Shown here: in pieces, positions 47,654 through 58,266 of the stretch
Layout: each line of letters starts with the position of its first letter
Numbering within the stretch: the stretch's first letter is position 1
Source: a virus
Virus record (IMG/VR): IMGVR_UViG_3300021185_001461
Span: 57,229-121,228 of that record
Direction: 5' to 3' (one strand)
DNA length: 64,000 nucleotides
The notes under the pieces: model-generated
Told to the model about the DNA's origin: nothing
Database searches by the model: none
Seen by the model: only the letters and a program-made list of their open reading frames with translations
Program-made: the position numbers and the translations under genes

Positions 47654-49224
47654 AAAAAGTAGATGACATGAATTGGGACCTTAATCACGAAGGCAACATA
47701 AAAACCAATCATGCAAATTTTAAAAATGTTAAAGAACTACTTGATAGTAAAGGACCTGGGTTCTGTTTGGCTAAATGGAATCAAGTTACAATGCATTTGG
47801 GTACGGGTGTTACACACAGTTGTCATCACCCAGCCGTACATAAAATTCCACTAGAAGAACTTAAAGACAATCCAAGTGCATTACATAATACAAAATTTAA
47901 AAAAGAACAACGTAAGACAATGCTTAACGGCGGCAGGCCAAAGGAATGTGATTATTGTTGGCGAATAGAAGATAATAACACAGGCGAGTTTAGTGATAGA
48001 GTATTTAAAAGTTTAGAACCTTGGGCATTAAAACATAATGATATAATCAAAGATATGGACGGCGATGAAAATGTATTGCCTACATATATTGAGGTTAGTT
48101 TCAGTAACGTATGTAATATGAAGTGTACTTACTGTGGGCCAGAGGCTAGTAGCAAGTGGTACGAAGATATAAAACAAAATGGTCCAATAAAATTATTGGA
48201 AGGTACAGATGATGAGTATTGGGCACAAGGTTGGCAACAAGACTTAGAAGTATTTAAGAATAGAGAATACAATCCATATGTAGAAGCATTTTGGGAATGG
48301 TGGCCCGAGCTTAGTAAAAACTTAAAAGTGTTCCGTATAACAGGTGGCGAGCCTTTAATGAGCAAAGACACATTTAAAGTATTAGAAGACCTAATTGAAA
48401 ACCCAAGACCTGATCTTGAGATTAGTATTAATACTAATTTAAGTGTACCAGATAAACTTTGGAATAAGTTTATTGGTTTAGCAATACAACTTAAAGATAG
48501 TAACAACATTAAAAATCTAACAGTATATACAAGTGTTGAAGGTTGGGGTGAAAGAGCCGAGTATGCTCGTACAGGATTAAACTTTGAATTATTTTTACAG
48601 AGGTATGAACAATTAATTAGCATGGGTAACATACGTGCAGTATTAATGTCCACTTATAATATGTTTAGTATAACAAGTTTTACTCGTTTACTAGAATGGC
48701 AATATGATTTAAGATTAAAATATAATAAAAATCCAGTAGTGCTTAATTATGCAGAGACAGGATTTAGAAGTCCTGGCCATAGATTACCTGAGACAGATAT
48801 AAATTGGAAACAAGAACTTGCTACAGTATGTATTGATGTTCCGTACCTAAGACACCCAACCTTTTTAGATTGTCGTAATAGTACACACCAATTAGCAGAA
48901 GAATATATGTTAGCATCTTTAGACTATATGGCTAGTAGAACTACATATCCAGGTTGGACAGTACACAAAGGCTTTGAGCAAAACGAGATAGATAAGTTTA
49001 AACGTATTGTATTTCATAGACTATACTTTAACAAAAAGAACAGTGATGGGACACCCGACTATCATAACAGACGAGATTTAGATTTGAATAGATCTCAATT
49101 TTATGAGTTTATACAAAAAATAGATCAAAGAAACAACACAGACTTTCTATCTACGTTTCCCGAAATGCAAGAATTCTATAACGAATGCGGCGAAGCAAGA
49201 GATAGGATTCTAAATGGAAGATAG
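47650..49224 (+). CDS. radical SAM enzyme with N-terminal twitch domain
   Basis: FCLAKW...SCHH...ECDYCW, then CNMKCTYC and ITGGEP. Confidence 0.9.
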   Translation: MKKVDDMNWDLNHEGNIKTNHANFKNVKELLDSKGPGFCLAKWNQVTMHLGTGVTHSCHHPAVHKIPLEELKDNPSALHNTKFKKEQRKTMLNGGRPKECDYCWRIEDNNTGEFSDRVFKSLEPWALKHNDIIKDMDGDENVLPTYIEVSFSNVCNMKCTYCGPEASSKWYEDIKQNGPIKLLEGTDDEYWAQGWQQDLEVFKNREYNPYVEAFWEWWPELSKNLKVFRITGGEPLMSKDTFKVLEDLIENPRPDLEISINTNLSVPDKLWNKFIGLAIQLKDSNNIKNLTVYTSVEGWGERAEYARTGLNFELFLQRYEQLISMGNIRAVLMSTYNMFSITSFTRLLEWQYDLRLKYNKNPVVLNYAETGFRSPGHRLPETDINWKQELATVCIDVPYLRHPTFLDCRNSTHQLAEEYMLASLDYMASRTTYPGWTVHKGFEQNEIDKFKRIVFHRLYFNKKNSDGTPDYHNRRDLDLNRSQFYEFIQKIDQRNNTDFLSTFPEMQEFYNECGEARDRILNGR

Positions 49225-50533
49225 AGAATTACTTGAGAAACTTAACAAAGTTGGCAAAGGTTTTTGTGCAGCTAAATGGTATAACAGTACTATATGGTTA
49301 AGTAATGGCAGAACTAGTAGCTGTCATCATCCTCCTGCACATAGCATTAATCCAGATGACGTTATAAAAAATCCTAGTGCATTACACAATACAGAATATA
49401 AAAAGTCGGTACGTAAAGAAATGCTTAATGGTGAACGTCCTGCTGAGTGTGGTTATTGTTGGAAAGTAGAAGATGCGGCTCCTAATGCAGTTAGTGATAG
49501 AGTATACAAGAGTAACATATACACACCAAGTGATATATCAAAGTTAGCCAAACAATCACCTGACATTGATGTTAACCCTAAAACACTAGAGATAAGTTTT
49601 GATAATGTATGTGACTACCAGTGTACATATTGTAATGCAGAGTTTAGTACAACATGGAATGCGGATATAAATCGCAACGGTGGATATGATTTAAGTACTA
49701 ACGGTGGTGCTACATATAATCAACCTTATGAGTTTGATACTAACATAGTTAAAAATCCCACAGTGTACACTGATGCTTTTCAGCGTTGGTATGATAGTGG
49801 ACTTAAAGATGACTTAACTGAACTACGCATTACTGGAGGCGAACCAACTATGAGTCCGAGCTTCTGGCGTTTTATTAATAACATAGACAATGCAAACTAT
49901 CAATTTAGTGTTAACACTAACTTGGGTATGCGAACCGATGTTATGGATAAACTAATAGCGGCCAGTCATAAGTTTAAAAGATTTGATTTATATACTAGTG
50001 TAGAAAGTTCTCCTAGTATAGCTGAATTTGTACGTACTGGATTTAAATGGGATACATGGACTAATAACTTAGATCATTTTATAAGAGAAGGCAAGTACAC
50101 AAGCATTAACATTATGATGACTATTAGTTGTCTTAGTCTGCCTGGAGTAGTTGGATTCTTAGAAGAGTATAAAAGTTTAAAAAAATATTATCCTAATGTG
50201 CATATGACTATCAGTGCAAACATATTACGCTTTCCTAGTTTTCAATCCATAACTGTACTAAGTAACGAATTAAAAAAACATTATCATAGTGAATTAACCG
50301 AGTGGCTAAATACAAACGATAATGTTCTTGCAGACTTTGAAATACAACATTTAAATCGTTTATTGGATTATCTACACAATGTTGATATTAGTTACGAAGA
50401 TACAGACACATTAAAAAGTAAACACAGTGACTTACATAAATTTGTCACACAGTATGCAGATCGCCGGGGTGTAGACATCCATAGTATATACCATAAGGAA
50501 TTTGTCAATTGGTTCAACAAATTAAAAAAATAA
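49214..50533 (+). CDS. radical SAM enzyme with N-terminal twitch domain
   Basis: FCAAKW...SCHH...ECGYCW, CDYQCTYC, ITGGEP. Confidence 0.9.
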   Translation: MEDRELLEKLNKVGKGFCAAKWYNSTIWLSNGRTSSCHHPPAHSINPDDVIKNPSALHNTEYKKSVRKEMLNGERPAECGYCWKVEDAAPNAVSDRVYKSNIYTPSDISKLAKQSPDIDVNPKTLEISFDNVCDYQCTYCNAEFSTTWNADINRNGGYDLSTNGGATYNQPYEFDTNIVKNPTVYTDAFQRWYDSGLKDDLTELRITGGEPTMSPSFWRFINNIDNANYQFSVNTNLGMRTDVMDKLIAASHKFKRFDLYTSVESSPSIAEFVRTGFKWDTWTNNLDHFIREGKYTSINIMMTISCLSLPGVVGFLEEYKSLKKYYPNVHMTISANILRFPSFQSITVLSNELKKHYHSELTEWLNTNDNVLADFEIQHLNRLLDYLHNVDISYEDTDTLKSKHSDLHKFVTQYADRRGVDIHSIYHKEFVNWFNKLKK

Positions 50534-51414
50534 TATCGTTTGGAGATAGTTTTGCAGCAGGCGACGAACTACTACAAGATGATCACCGAGACGAAATAGA
50601 AAAAATCATTAATAGTACTAGTGATATAATAAGACACGGCCATGGTGGTTACTTTGGAAAATTATCTCCAGGTAAAAAATGTAAGCCAGAGAAATTTATA
50701 GAATTAACAGAGTCTGTAACTAAGTATATAGAACAACAGTACGACACACCCAAGCAAATTAGAGATTTACAATTTAGTCATACATACGCTAGTATACTTG
50801 GTACTACATTAAATGTACCAGTAATAAACTATGCTCGTGGTGGTAATAGCCCTGTGGGTATATACAACAATATAATGCGAAGCAAAGTTGATCTAGACAA
50901 ACATACACTAGTGTTAATAGGCAGTACATTTCTTGGACGACATACTCAAATGGATACTGATAAGCATCGTCAGAGTGATATTATCGAACGTCATGTATAT
51001 GAATATAAAACATTATTACCACGTTGGCAAGGCAAAGAGAATAATGATTACTTGCGTTATCGTGAACTAGAAGTACAATACGGTGACGACACTTACTTTA
51101 GGTATATACAATACCTAGCACTACAACGTAGTTTACAATTGTATTTGTCTAACATACCGCATGTGTTTTTAGATAACTCAAACCACAAGAATATTTCTAC
51201 CAGCCTGTTTAAGTTAGATGAAACTAAACAAAGCGATGTAGACTATGTATTATCTGAACTACAAGATATATACCAATGTAACAATATGAAAAGTAGTGCT
51301 ACTGCTATGGAACAATTAGATATACCACATAGTCAATACTTTGGACACTTTAGTCGTGCAGTACATAAACACTATGCAGACACTATAAAAAATTATCTAG
51401 GACTAACAACATGA
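50509..51414 (+). CDS. SGNH/GDSL-like hydrolase or acyltransferase
   Basis: SFGDSFAAG, NYARGGNS, C-terminal GH....H. Confidence 0.65.
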   Translation: MVQQIKKIISFGDSFAAGDELLQDDHRDEIEKIINSTSDIIRHGHGGYFGKLSPGKKCKPEKFIELTESVTKYIEQQYDTPKQIRDLQFSHTYASILGTTLNVPVINYARGGNSPVGIYNNIMRSKVDLDKHTLVLIGSTFLGRHTQMDTDKHRQSDIIERHVYEYKTLLPRWQGKENNDYLRYRELEVQYGDDTYFRYIQYLALQRSLQLYLSNIPHVFLDNSNHKNISTSLFKLDETKQSDVDYVLSELQDIYQCNNMKSSATAMEQLDIPHSQYFGHFSRAVHKHYADTIKNYLGLTT

Positions 51415-53135
51415 GTTATGATTGGGAGTATTTAAACAGTACAGAAGCTGAGCCAATGTATGTGGGCATAAGTCAACATGTCGAACGTATTAAAAGCAAG
51501 ACTGTACTTGATATAGGTTGTGGTTATACACGTTGGCTAGAAACATACACGGGCTCTGCAAAAGTAACTGGAGTTGACAATAACATAGACGCTATTGAAT
51601 ACTGTCGTCAAACGTATTCGGGAGAATTTATTTTAGAAGATGCATGGGATTTACAAGTAACCGGACAATACGATACAATAGTATTAGGTGGGTTATTATA
51701 TTACATGAAAGGAGATACTACTCCATTAGACTATGTTGAATCTTTAATTGAAAGGTACAATCCACGACACATAGTAATACAAGAACCATTTCCCAGCATA
51801 TCACATAAGAGTCCTGACTTTATACCATTACTAGATCGTTATGCGTGGAGAGCCGAATGGTTTGATTTAGATATACGTATGGGACAACGCATAGTGTTAA
51901 CACTTGACGTAGATCGTGTACGTCCTGAACGTCTTATTAAAAAACAGTCTACTAATTTACAAAGTACACTCAATACTGATATTTTACAATATGGAGTATA
52001 CACTGCTAACACAGAAAAAATAAATGACAAAATAGACGGCAGGGTATTACCAAGCGAACCTGCTAGGCTTAATTATGCAAGCGTGTGTGCAGGATTCAAA
52101 AGTTTATACAAAGCATGCATAGACTATACGCCAGGTAAACACATGACGTTTGCTTGGTTTGATATATCGCCAACAGCAGTATTATATAAAATGTATCAAG
52201 ACTTAATGAGAAGTAGACATGCAAATATAAGTTGGGACGAACAATTAAATATATATCGTAAAGACTATGATAGTCGTATGATAGAATTAAGAGATCAAAC
52301 AGAAAGCATAGATGCTACAGTAGATAAACAATTAGTAGAGTTAGGTATAACAAAAGATGATTGGAATAATTGGTTGTTGGAATATGCTAAAAGCAATAAA
52401 CATTATGTTAAGTGTGACATAGTAAACAACCTGAAGTATGCACGTCAGCATATACCAGCTAACAGTTGGTTGTGGTACAGTAATGTATTTGATTGGCATC
52501 AGTTTACATTTCCTGATAAAAGTAAACGTGCATGGATAAAATATATGAGTCATAACAATGTACACTTAGTTGGAAAAACAATACCTACAAAGGTTGAACA
52601 ACACATAGCAGATTATATATCATCTGGTACAAGTGCAGAGGGCTATCCAGGATTTCTAGAACACACAGTCAATCGTGTGTGGTTAGCATGCGGATTAACT
52701 GACATAGATCAAGAAAGTTTAATTATAAAAAGTAATGATTACGGATTAACATTTAGAAACGATGATGTAAAGATAAAAGTTTTTACAGGGTATCCTGCAA
52801 TAATGGCAGCAGACAATTATAATCGTTGCAAACATTTAATACCTGGAACACATTCAGAACACACAGTAGATGGCATACGTATAGAAACATACAGTATTAT
52901 AGTAGGAGATACATTAGACAACGTAGATCCAGAAGTATATAAACCTTGTATGCCAGAACTAATAGATCGTTTATGCAAGGACATACCTGCTCCAACTTAT
53001 CCATTTGATATAAGTGAATACAACATGGTATATACCAAAGACGGTCGTATAGAAATTATTGATTGGGATTATTGTATAACAGGATCAATAGATGACTTAA
53101 CGCAACGTATAGAGAAGTTGGGAGTAACATCGTGA
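51411..53135 (+). CDS. multi-domain class I SAM methyltransferase with a kinase-like C-terminus
   Basis: VLDIGCG, GVD; C-terminal D...YNMV...IIDWD. Confidence 0.7.
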   Translation: MSYDWEYLNSTEAEPMYVGISQHVERIKSKTVLDIGCGYTRWLETYTGSAKVTGVDNNIDAIEYCRQTYSGEFILEDAWDLQVTGQYDTIVLGGLLYYMKGDTTPLDYVESLIERYNPRHIVIQEPFPSISHKSPDFIPLLDRYAWRAEWFDLDIRMGQRIVLTLDVDRVRPERLIKKQSTNLQSTLNTDILQYGVYTANTEKINDKIDGRVLPSEPARLNYASVCAGFKSLYKACIDYTPGKHMTFAWFDISPTAVLYKMYQDLMRSRHANISWDEQLNIYRKDYDSRMIELRDQTESIDATVDKQLVELGITKDDWNNWLLEYAKSNKHYVKCDIVNNLKYARQHIPANSWLWYSNVFDWHQFTFPDKSKRAWIKYMSHNNVHLVGKTIPTKVEQHIADYISSGTSAEGYPGFLEHTVNRVWLACGLTDIDQESLIIKSNDYGLTFRNDDVKIKVFTGYPAIMAADNYNRCKHLIPGTHSEHTVDGIRIETYSIIVGDTLDNVDPEVYKPCMPELIDRLCKDIPAPTYPFDISEYNMVYTKDGRIEIIDWDYCITGSIDDLTQRIEKLGVTS

Positions 53136-53731
53136 ACGCACATCAACACATAGCAGATCGTATACAAAAAACTGAACTAGATACTCGTGGTGGTTATCCT
53201 TGGATGACTGTAACAGATTTTTTACCTGCAGACTTGTATGAGAATATAAGAATTAATCAAGACTGTCAGCAACTATTAAATGCACACGATGATCCAAATA
53301 TAGTAAAAGCATTGTACAATAAGTTCAGTGACTATCCTATACGTCAAGATAATATACAAAGTATATATGCATTTTGGCAAAGCACAGGTGCTGGTTATAG
53401 TTTAAAGCCACATGAAGATAGTTGGCCGCGTGTGTTTACTATAGTGTATTACTTTCCAGATGATGATACTTATCCTGAGGCAGGCACTGCCATATATGAA
53501 GTGGACGAAGATAAACGTACATACAACACAGTAGCTACATCACCATACTTGCCAAACACTGCAACTATAATTGCTCCTGATACTGGACGCACTTGGCACG
53601 GAGTAGATCTTATACAACGTCAAGTAAGTAGACAAAGTGCAGTGTTAGTATTCAGTGCAGAAGAATGGACACCAGCTCAATTACATTATGCTGATTGGAA
53701 ATCTGGAAGGACAGTTAACTATGCAAGGTAA
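53132..53731 (+). CDS. 2OG-Fe(II) oxygenase
   Basis: LKPHED (HxD), GT..Y, TWHGV, distal Arg. Confidence 0.8.
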   Translation: MNAHQHIADRIQKTELDTRGGYPWMTVTDFLPADLYENIRINQDCQQLLNAHDDPNIVKALYNKFSDYPIRQDNIQSIYAFWQSTGAGYSLKPHEDSWPRVFTIVYYFPDDDTYPEAGTAIYEVDEDKRTYNTVATSPYLPNTATIIAPDTGRTWHGVDLIQRQVSRQSAVLVFSAEEWTPAQLHYADWKSGRTVNYAR

Positions 53732-54215
53732 CTATCAAAAATATAATATACTAGGCGAGAGCTATGACTTGTTAACCATTGGCGATTGGAAACGTGTAGT
53801 AGTTGTAAGTGATTTAAATAATTATCATCTTAACGCTGACTATGTAAAAAATGTTAAACTGTCTGATGAGGTTATCAATAGTTTAATGACAAACAACCAC
53901 GAGTATAATATATGGTGTACTGTTGACTATTGGCAACCACCTTTTAATCCTTGGCAACCTTGGCCAAATAATTTATATATTCATAATAGCATAGAAAGAT
54001 TTGATAGTACAACATTATCTAAAGATATTCCTAACAGTAATTTAATTAGCACACACTTAGATAGAGATCCTATACGTGCTGACAATCAAGGCGATGGTAG
54101 TATTGGATTTGGCTTTGCTGGCGGAGATATCTTTTACGGGTATGGCAATTTAGATAAGTCTGGGTTTGTTCAAGACTTTAGTGGAGCCGGAAGAGGAAGT
54201 GTGTATGTTAGATAA
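53721..54215 (+). CDS. hypothetical protein
   Basis: Coupled ORF; likely start is ATG 53721. Confidence 0.6.
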   Translation: MQGNYQKYNILGESYDLLTIGDWKRVVVVSDLNNYHLNADYVKNVKLSDEVINSLMTNNHEYNIWCTVDYWQPPFNPWQPWPNNLYIHNSIERFDSTTLSKDIPNSNLISTHLDRDPIRADNQGDGSIGFGFAGGDIFYGYGNLDKSGFVQDFSGAGRGSVYVR

Positions 54216-54894
54216 ACTATTAGTAATAAGCAATGCACGTATGGGTAGTACATATGTATACAATACATTTCGTGAGTTTGATTCACGTAGCAAAGACACA
54301 ACAGAAAATCATTTATTAACTAATGAACCATTTGACAAAAACGACTTTGATACTGTATACAAATATACAAAGGAACAACCTAACATTGTAAGTAAAATAC
54401 ATGCACGTCATATTCAATCGCTAGGAAAAGACTTTAAAAAATACTTTGATTTATTTGATAAAACTTTATTATTGTTACGCAAAGACTTGTTTGCATCAGC
54501 TACTAGTCTTTCAATTAGCGTAGCAAAAGAACAATGGGGCGTACATTATCCCATCAACGATAATGTTATTAAATTAGATTTAGATCAATTACAAAAACAT
54601 ATTAGACAACAATGGCAAGACATTAGATATTTAAGAAGCATAGCTCGTGATTATAATATTAATCACAGCATATGGTTAGAAGATTATCCTACTGATATTA
54701 GTTTGTGGCATATATTTAATAACAAAGAAACTATGCCTAATACTGGGCTAAGTTTCCCTACATATAAAAGTCCACAGAAGTCAAGCACAATAAGTAATTA
54801 CGATTATTGTTACGAATTATACCTTAGTGTAATTCAAGACTTAGCACCAATACATGGATTAACTATAGAAAATAATTTAATTAAGGAACTATAA
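54205..54894 (+). CDS. sulfotransferase-like protein (Stf0-like)
   Basis: ARMGSTY (5'-PSB-like), NEPF, LLRKDLF...S (3'-PB-like), LED. Confidence 0.6.
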   Translation: MLDKLLVISNARMGSTYVYNTFREFDSRSKDTTENHLLTNEPFDKNDFDTVYKYTKEQPNIVSKIHARHIQSLGKDFKKYFDLFDKTLLLLRKDLFASATSLSISVAKEQWGVHYPINDNVIKLDLDQLQKHIRQQWQDIRYLRSIARDYNINHSIWLEDYPTDISLWHIFNNKETMPNTGLSFPTYKSPQKSSTISNYDYCYELYLSVIQDLAPIHGLTIENNLIKEL

Positions 54895-55565
54895 TGAGAA
54901 TTAGATTAATAACAATGCCACGTACAAAAGCTACATACTTAATGAAAGCATTAATATCAGCTAACAATCCATCGCAATTAGATATTAACAGTGACTTATA
55001 CAATGAACCATATAACAACGATAGGCCCAATCCAATCGCAGCCACTGAATGGATGAAGTCTGATACTAACGCAGTGATTAAACATCACATACGACATTTG
55101 GTTGCCAACGATGTATATAACAGTAAACAGGCTTTCCAACAAGAATGCGAATTAGATTGGCTTACAGTTGTTTTACTAAGACGTGATTTATTTGCTGCGG
55201 CTACTAGTTATGCACGTAGTAGAATAAGTAACGAGTGGCATAGTTATACTAACGAGAGTGTTTATATACCTCCTGAGTTTTTTAATAAATGTTTAATAGC
55301 TTTATGGGGTAGTGTAACACATATAAAGAACAATGTTAATAACTTAACGTATGATAAAATAATATACAGTGATGACTTTACTGGTAATCCATCAAACGAT
55401 ATAAAAGAAATAATACCCAACTATTCTAAAGAAATATATACTGACAGTAAACCAAGACCAGAAAATACTATAACCAACATCAACGAGTTACGAGAGTATT
55501 CTCAACAAATAACATTACCGGACAATGGTGTTATGATAGATAAAGATTTAATTATTACAATATAA
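54894..55565 (+). CDS. sulfotransferase-like protein, paralog
   Basis: MPRTKATY, NEPY, LLRRDLF...S, YSDD. Confidence 0.55.
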   Translation: MRIRLITMPRTKATYLMKALISANNPSQLDINSDLYNEPYNNDRPNPIAATEWMKSDTNAVIKHHIRHLVANDVYNSKQAFQQECELDWLTVVLLRRDLFAAATSYARSRISNEWHSYTNESVYIPPEFFNKCLIALWGSVTHIKNNVNNLTYDKIIYSDDFTGNPSNDIKEIIPNYSKEIYTDSKPRPENTITNINELREYSQQITLPDNGVMIDKDLIITI

Positions 55566-56460
55566 TCTTTTTTTCGTTAACAAATGTATTTTGAATTTTA
55601 AGATAATCATTATAGTTCAATGCATTTAAAGTTAAATCAGCATACGGTCGAACTATAGTAGATCCAATTTTAAGATGAGGCAACATAGTTGTACCGTTGC
55701 GTCTTAACACTGCTCCCAAATTCATATGTATGTGTCTTAGTGATCCGCCTGATAATACTTTATCTAATCTATTTTTATTAGGGTGTACACTGTGAATCAT
55801 TTTTAAATATTCAGCAGCCATCAAGTCCATAGCAATACTGCTACCCCATAACATATAATCATGAACAGAATCTGAAAAGGGACTATGAGTCAATCCCCAT
55901 GCCTGTGTATTAGTAACCATCCAGTTGTTACAAGAATTTGCTATAGGATCTCTGTCTTGTGGTTGTCCATATGTTAGTTTGTTTACACGATCGACTATGC
56001 GATTTACCCATGTTCCATTGTCTCCTCGATAATGTGACCTAGGGTTTGGTATTACATCATAACGAGTTAACACTACAACATCATAATTAAAATTATTCTG
56101 AGCTTCGTGATTTTGTTTAAGCATAATAGCGTCTGCCATACTTTTCTCAGTCCTGCCTCCCCAGCTATGTAACTTGACAGTATCACTGTCCAATATTTCC
56201 ACTGCACAAGGATTTAGCATGCTTAACTTATTCAGTAAAGTGTTACGTTCTTGGTTAACTAAGTCTACTTTCTCATTAGTAGTTCGGTATTCTTCAAATG
56301 TTCTAGAGCTACAAAAGAAATCTACTTGTATTGATTTACTAGTAAAATGATCTTTTAGATACGGCAACACATAGTCGCCTGTTCTATATAATCCATATAA
56401 GCATACGGCTACACGCTTTACACCTTTTGGATATAGTAGAACGTTGTCAGGATAGTCCAT
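55555..56460 (-). CDS. putative glycosyltransferase-like protein
   Basis: VAVCLYGLYR...YDVVVLTRYD motif set, typical of glycan-locus proteins. Confidence 0.5.
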   Translation of the reverse strand: MDYPDNVLLYPKGVKRVAVCLYGLYRTGDYVLPYLKDHFTSKSIQVDFFCSSRTFEEYRTTNEKVDLVNQERNTLLNKLSMLNPCAVEILDSDTVKLHSWGGRTEKSMADAIMLKQNHEAQNNFNYDVVVLTRYDVIPNPRSHYRGDNGTWVNRIVDRVNKLTYGQPQDRDPIANSCNNWMVTNTQAWGLTHSPFSDSVHDYMLWGSSIAMDLMAAEYLKMIHSVHPNKNRLDKVLSGGSLRHIHMNLGAVLRRNGTTMLPHLKIGSTIVRPYADLTLNALNYNDYLKIQNTFVNEKKIIL

Positions 56461-56936
56461 TACGTTAACTCCAAACTTATACAACGTATATTTAAATTAA
56501 ACAATAGCACATGGAATATATTAGTTAATGAGTTTGCTAGATCATCTTTGGATAATGTATGATAAAAATGCATACTATCGTGTAATGATTTCCATTGCAA
56601 ATTAACTTTATTAAACACATTCCAATTACAGAAGTAATGATCGTAGTGCATATTTTTATTAGGAAAGTATATTACATCATAAGCAGTATCATATATAGTG
56701 CATTGTTCTATATCAAATATTGTATTACCCATAACAAATACAACACTATCTTCGTCACTACATCCACGCATGCCATGATCATTGTACATATTCATGCTGT
56801 GTTGCCAGCGTGAACGGAATACAGAAATCATTTCTCTGTAGTCGGCGTTTGGGTTATGTGGATAGTTGCTTCTATAGAGATTTAAATTATCACTATGAGT
56901 TAGTGTTTTGTTATCAAGTCGGCTTATAAATTGCAT
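56460..56936 (-). CDS. hypothetical protein
   Basis: 158 aa; directly behind a late promoter. Confidence 0.6.
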   Translation of the reverse strand: MQFISRLDNKTLTHSDNLNLYRSNYPHNPNADYREMISVFRSRWQHSMNMYNDHGMRGCSDEDSVVFVMGNTIFDIEQCTIYDTAYDVIYFPNKNMHYDHYFCNWNVFNKVNLQWKSLHDSMHFYHTLSKDDLANSLTNIFHVLLFNLNIRCISLELT

Positions 56937-56941
56937 GCTAC

Positions 56942-56957
56942 TATTTATATATAAATA
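56942..56957. promoter_or_regulatory. palindromic bidirectional T4-type late promoter
   Basis: TATTTATATATAAATA gives TATAAATA on both strands; an ATG lies 5 nt away on each side. Confidence 0.8.
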
Positions 56958-56962
56958 TAAGT

Positions 56963-57553
56963 ATGTTAATTATTTTTGATTTCGATGGAACACTTGCGAA
57001 CTGTAAAGAGTTACATCAAATTGCATTTCGTAATGCAGTACAAGAACTTTGTCCTAATGCAGATTTTAAAAACGAAGACGTAGAAGGTAGACCAACTAGA
57101 GAGAAGATACGTATACTACACACAATGGGTTATGAGTTTAACGGAGATAAGTTAAACGATATTAAACAAGCATACACGCAAAAGCATTTAGAAGAATATA
57201 TAAAGTATAATAAAGATTTATTACACACAATGCTAAAGTTAAAAGAAAGATATAAACTATGTGTAGCCAGTAATGCCACAGAATTATTTGTACTTAGAAG
57301 TTTAAATATTATGCAAATGTATAAAGAAACAGGAAAGCAAGTGTTTGCTAAAATTAATACTGCTACTGACTTTCCTGCTAAACCAGATACTACTACGTTT
57401 ATAGATTGTATGAGATGGACAAACAGTACACCAGAAGATACTATTATATTTGAAGATAGTGAAGTTGGAATACAATGTGCTTTAAGCACAGGTGCTAGAG
57501 TTATCAGAGTAACAGATGTGAATCACACTATAGAGGAAATGAAAAAACTATGA
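56963..57553 (+). CDS. HAD-family phosphatase
   Basis: FDFDGTL, ASN, KP, IFEDS..G. Confidence 0.9.
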   Translation: MLIIFDFDGTLANCKELHQIAFRNAVQELCPNADFKNEDVEGRPTREKIRILHTMGYEFNGDKLNDIKQAYTQKHLEEYIKYNKDLLHTMLKLKERYKLCVASNATELFVLRSLNIMQMYKETGKQVFAKINTATDFPAKPDTTTFIDCMRWTNSTPEDTIIFEDSEVGIQCALSTGARVIRVTDVNHTIEEMKKL

Positions 57554-58266
57554 AATTAATTATGCCAATGGCAGGACAAGGAAGTCGCTTTGACGAAGTG
57601 GGTTATGATTTACCCAAGCCAATGATACCAGTAGGAGATGTTCCTATGTTTGTACACGTAGAACGTTGTATAGGTTTGGAGTTTGATGAACGTATATTTA
57701 TTGTACGCAAAGAACATGATCTTAGATCAAGAGTTCTCGAATGGTATCCTAACGCACACATAATTGAGTTAGACTACTTGACAGAAGGTACTGCATGTAC
57801 TATACTAACAGCAAGAGAACACTATGAAGATGGTAGCAGTATATTTGTTAGCAACTGTGATCAACACATTGAATGGGATGTAGAGCATGCAGAAAGTATT
57901 ATGAACAATCCCTATAACAGTGGAATGATTCCAAACTTTTACTGCGACGATGGATCAAAGAAATGGAGTTATGCAATGGTAGATGATAGACAAAACATCA
58001 AACGTGTAGCTGAAAAAGATCCCATAAGCAATTGGGCAACTGTAGGTTACTACTGGTGGAGAGACGGAACTCAGTTTATTGAAAGTGCTGATCGTATGAT
58101 ACAAGCCAATGACAGAGTTAATAACGAATTTTATACATGTCCAACTTATAACTACACAGTGCAACTAGAAGGAATTGGTAACATCAAACACATGGAAGTA
58201 GACGCTATGCAAGGTCTAGGAACTCCAGAAGATTTAAAAGAATATGAACAACAGTACTCATCTTGA
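57550..58266 (+). CDS. sugar-phosphate nucleotidyltransferase family protein
   Basis: PMAGQGSRF...PKPMI, TEGTACT, NCDQ, VAEK, NNEFY, LGTPEDL. Confidence 0.88.
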   Translation: MKLIMPMAGQGSRFDEVGYDLPKPMIPVGDVPMFVHVERCIGLEFDERIFIVRKEHDLRSRVLEWYPNAHIIELDYLTEGTACTILTAREHYEDGSSIFVSNCDQHIEWDVEHAESIMNNPYNSGMIPNFYCDDGSKKWSYAMVDDRQNIKRVAEKDPISNWATVGYYWWRDGTQFIESADRMIQANDRVNNEFYTCPTYNYTVQLEGIGNIKHMEVDAMQGLGTPEDLKEYEQQYSS

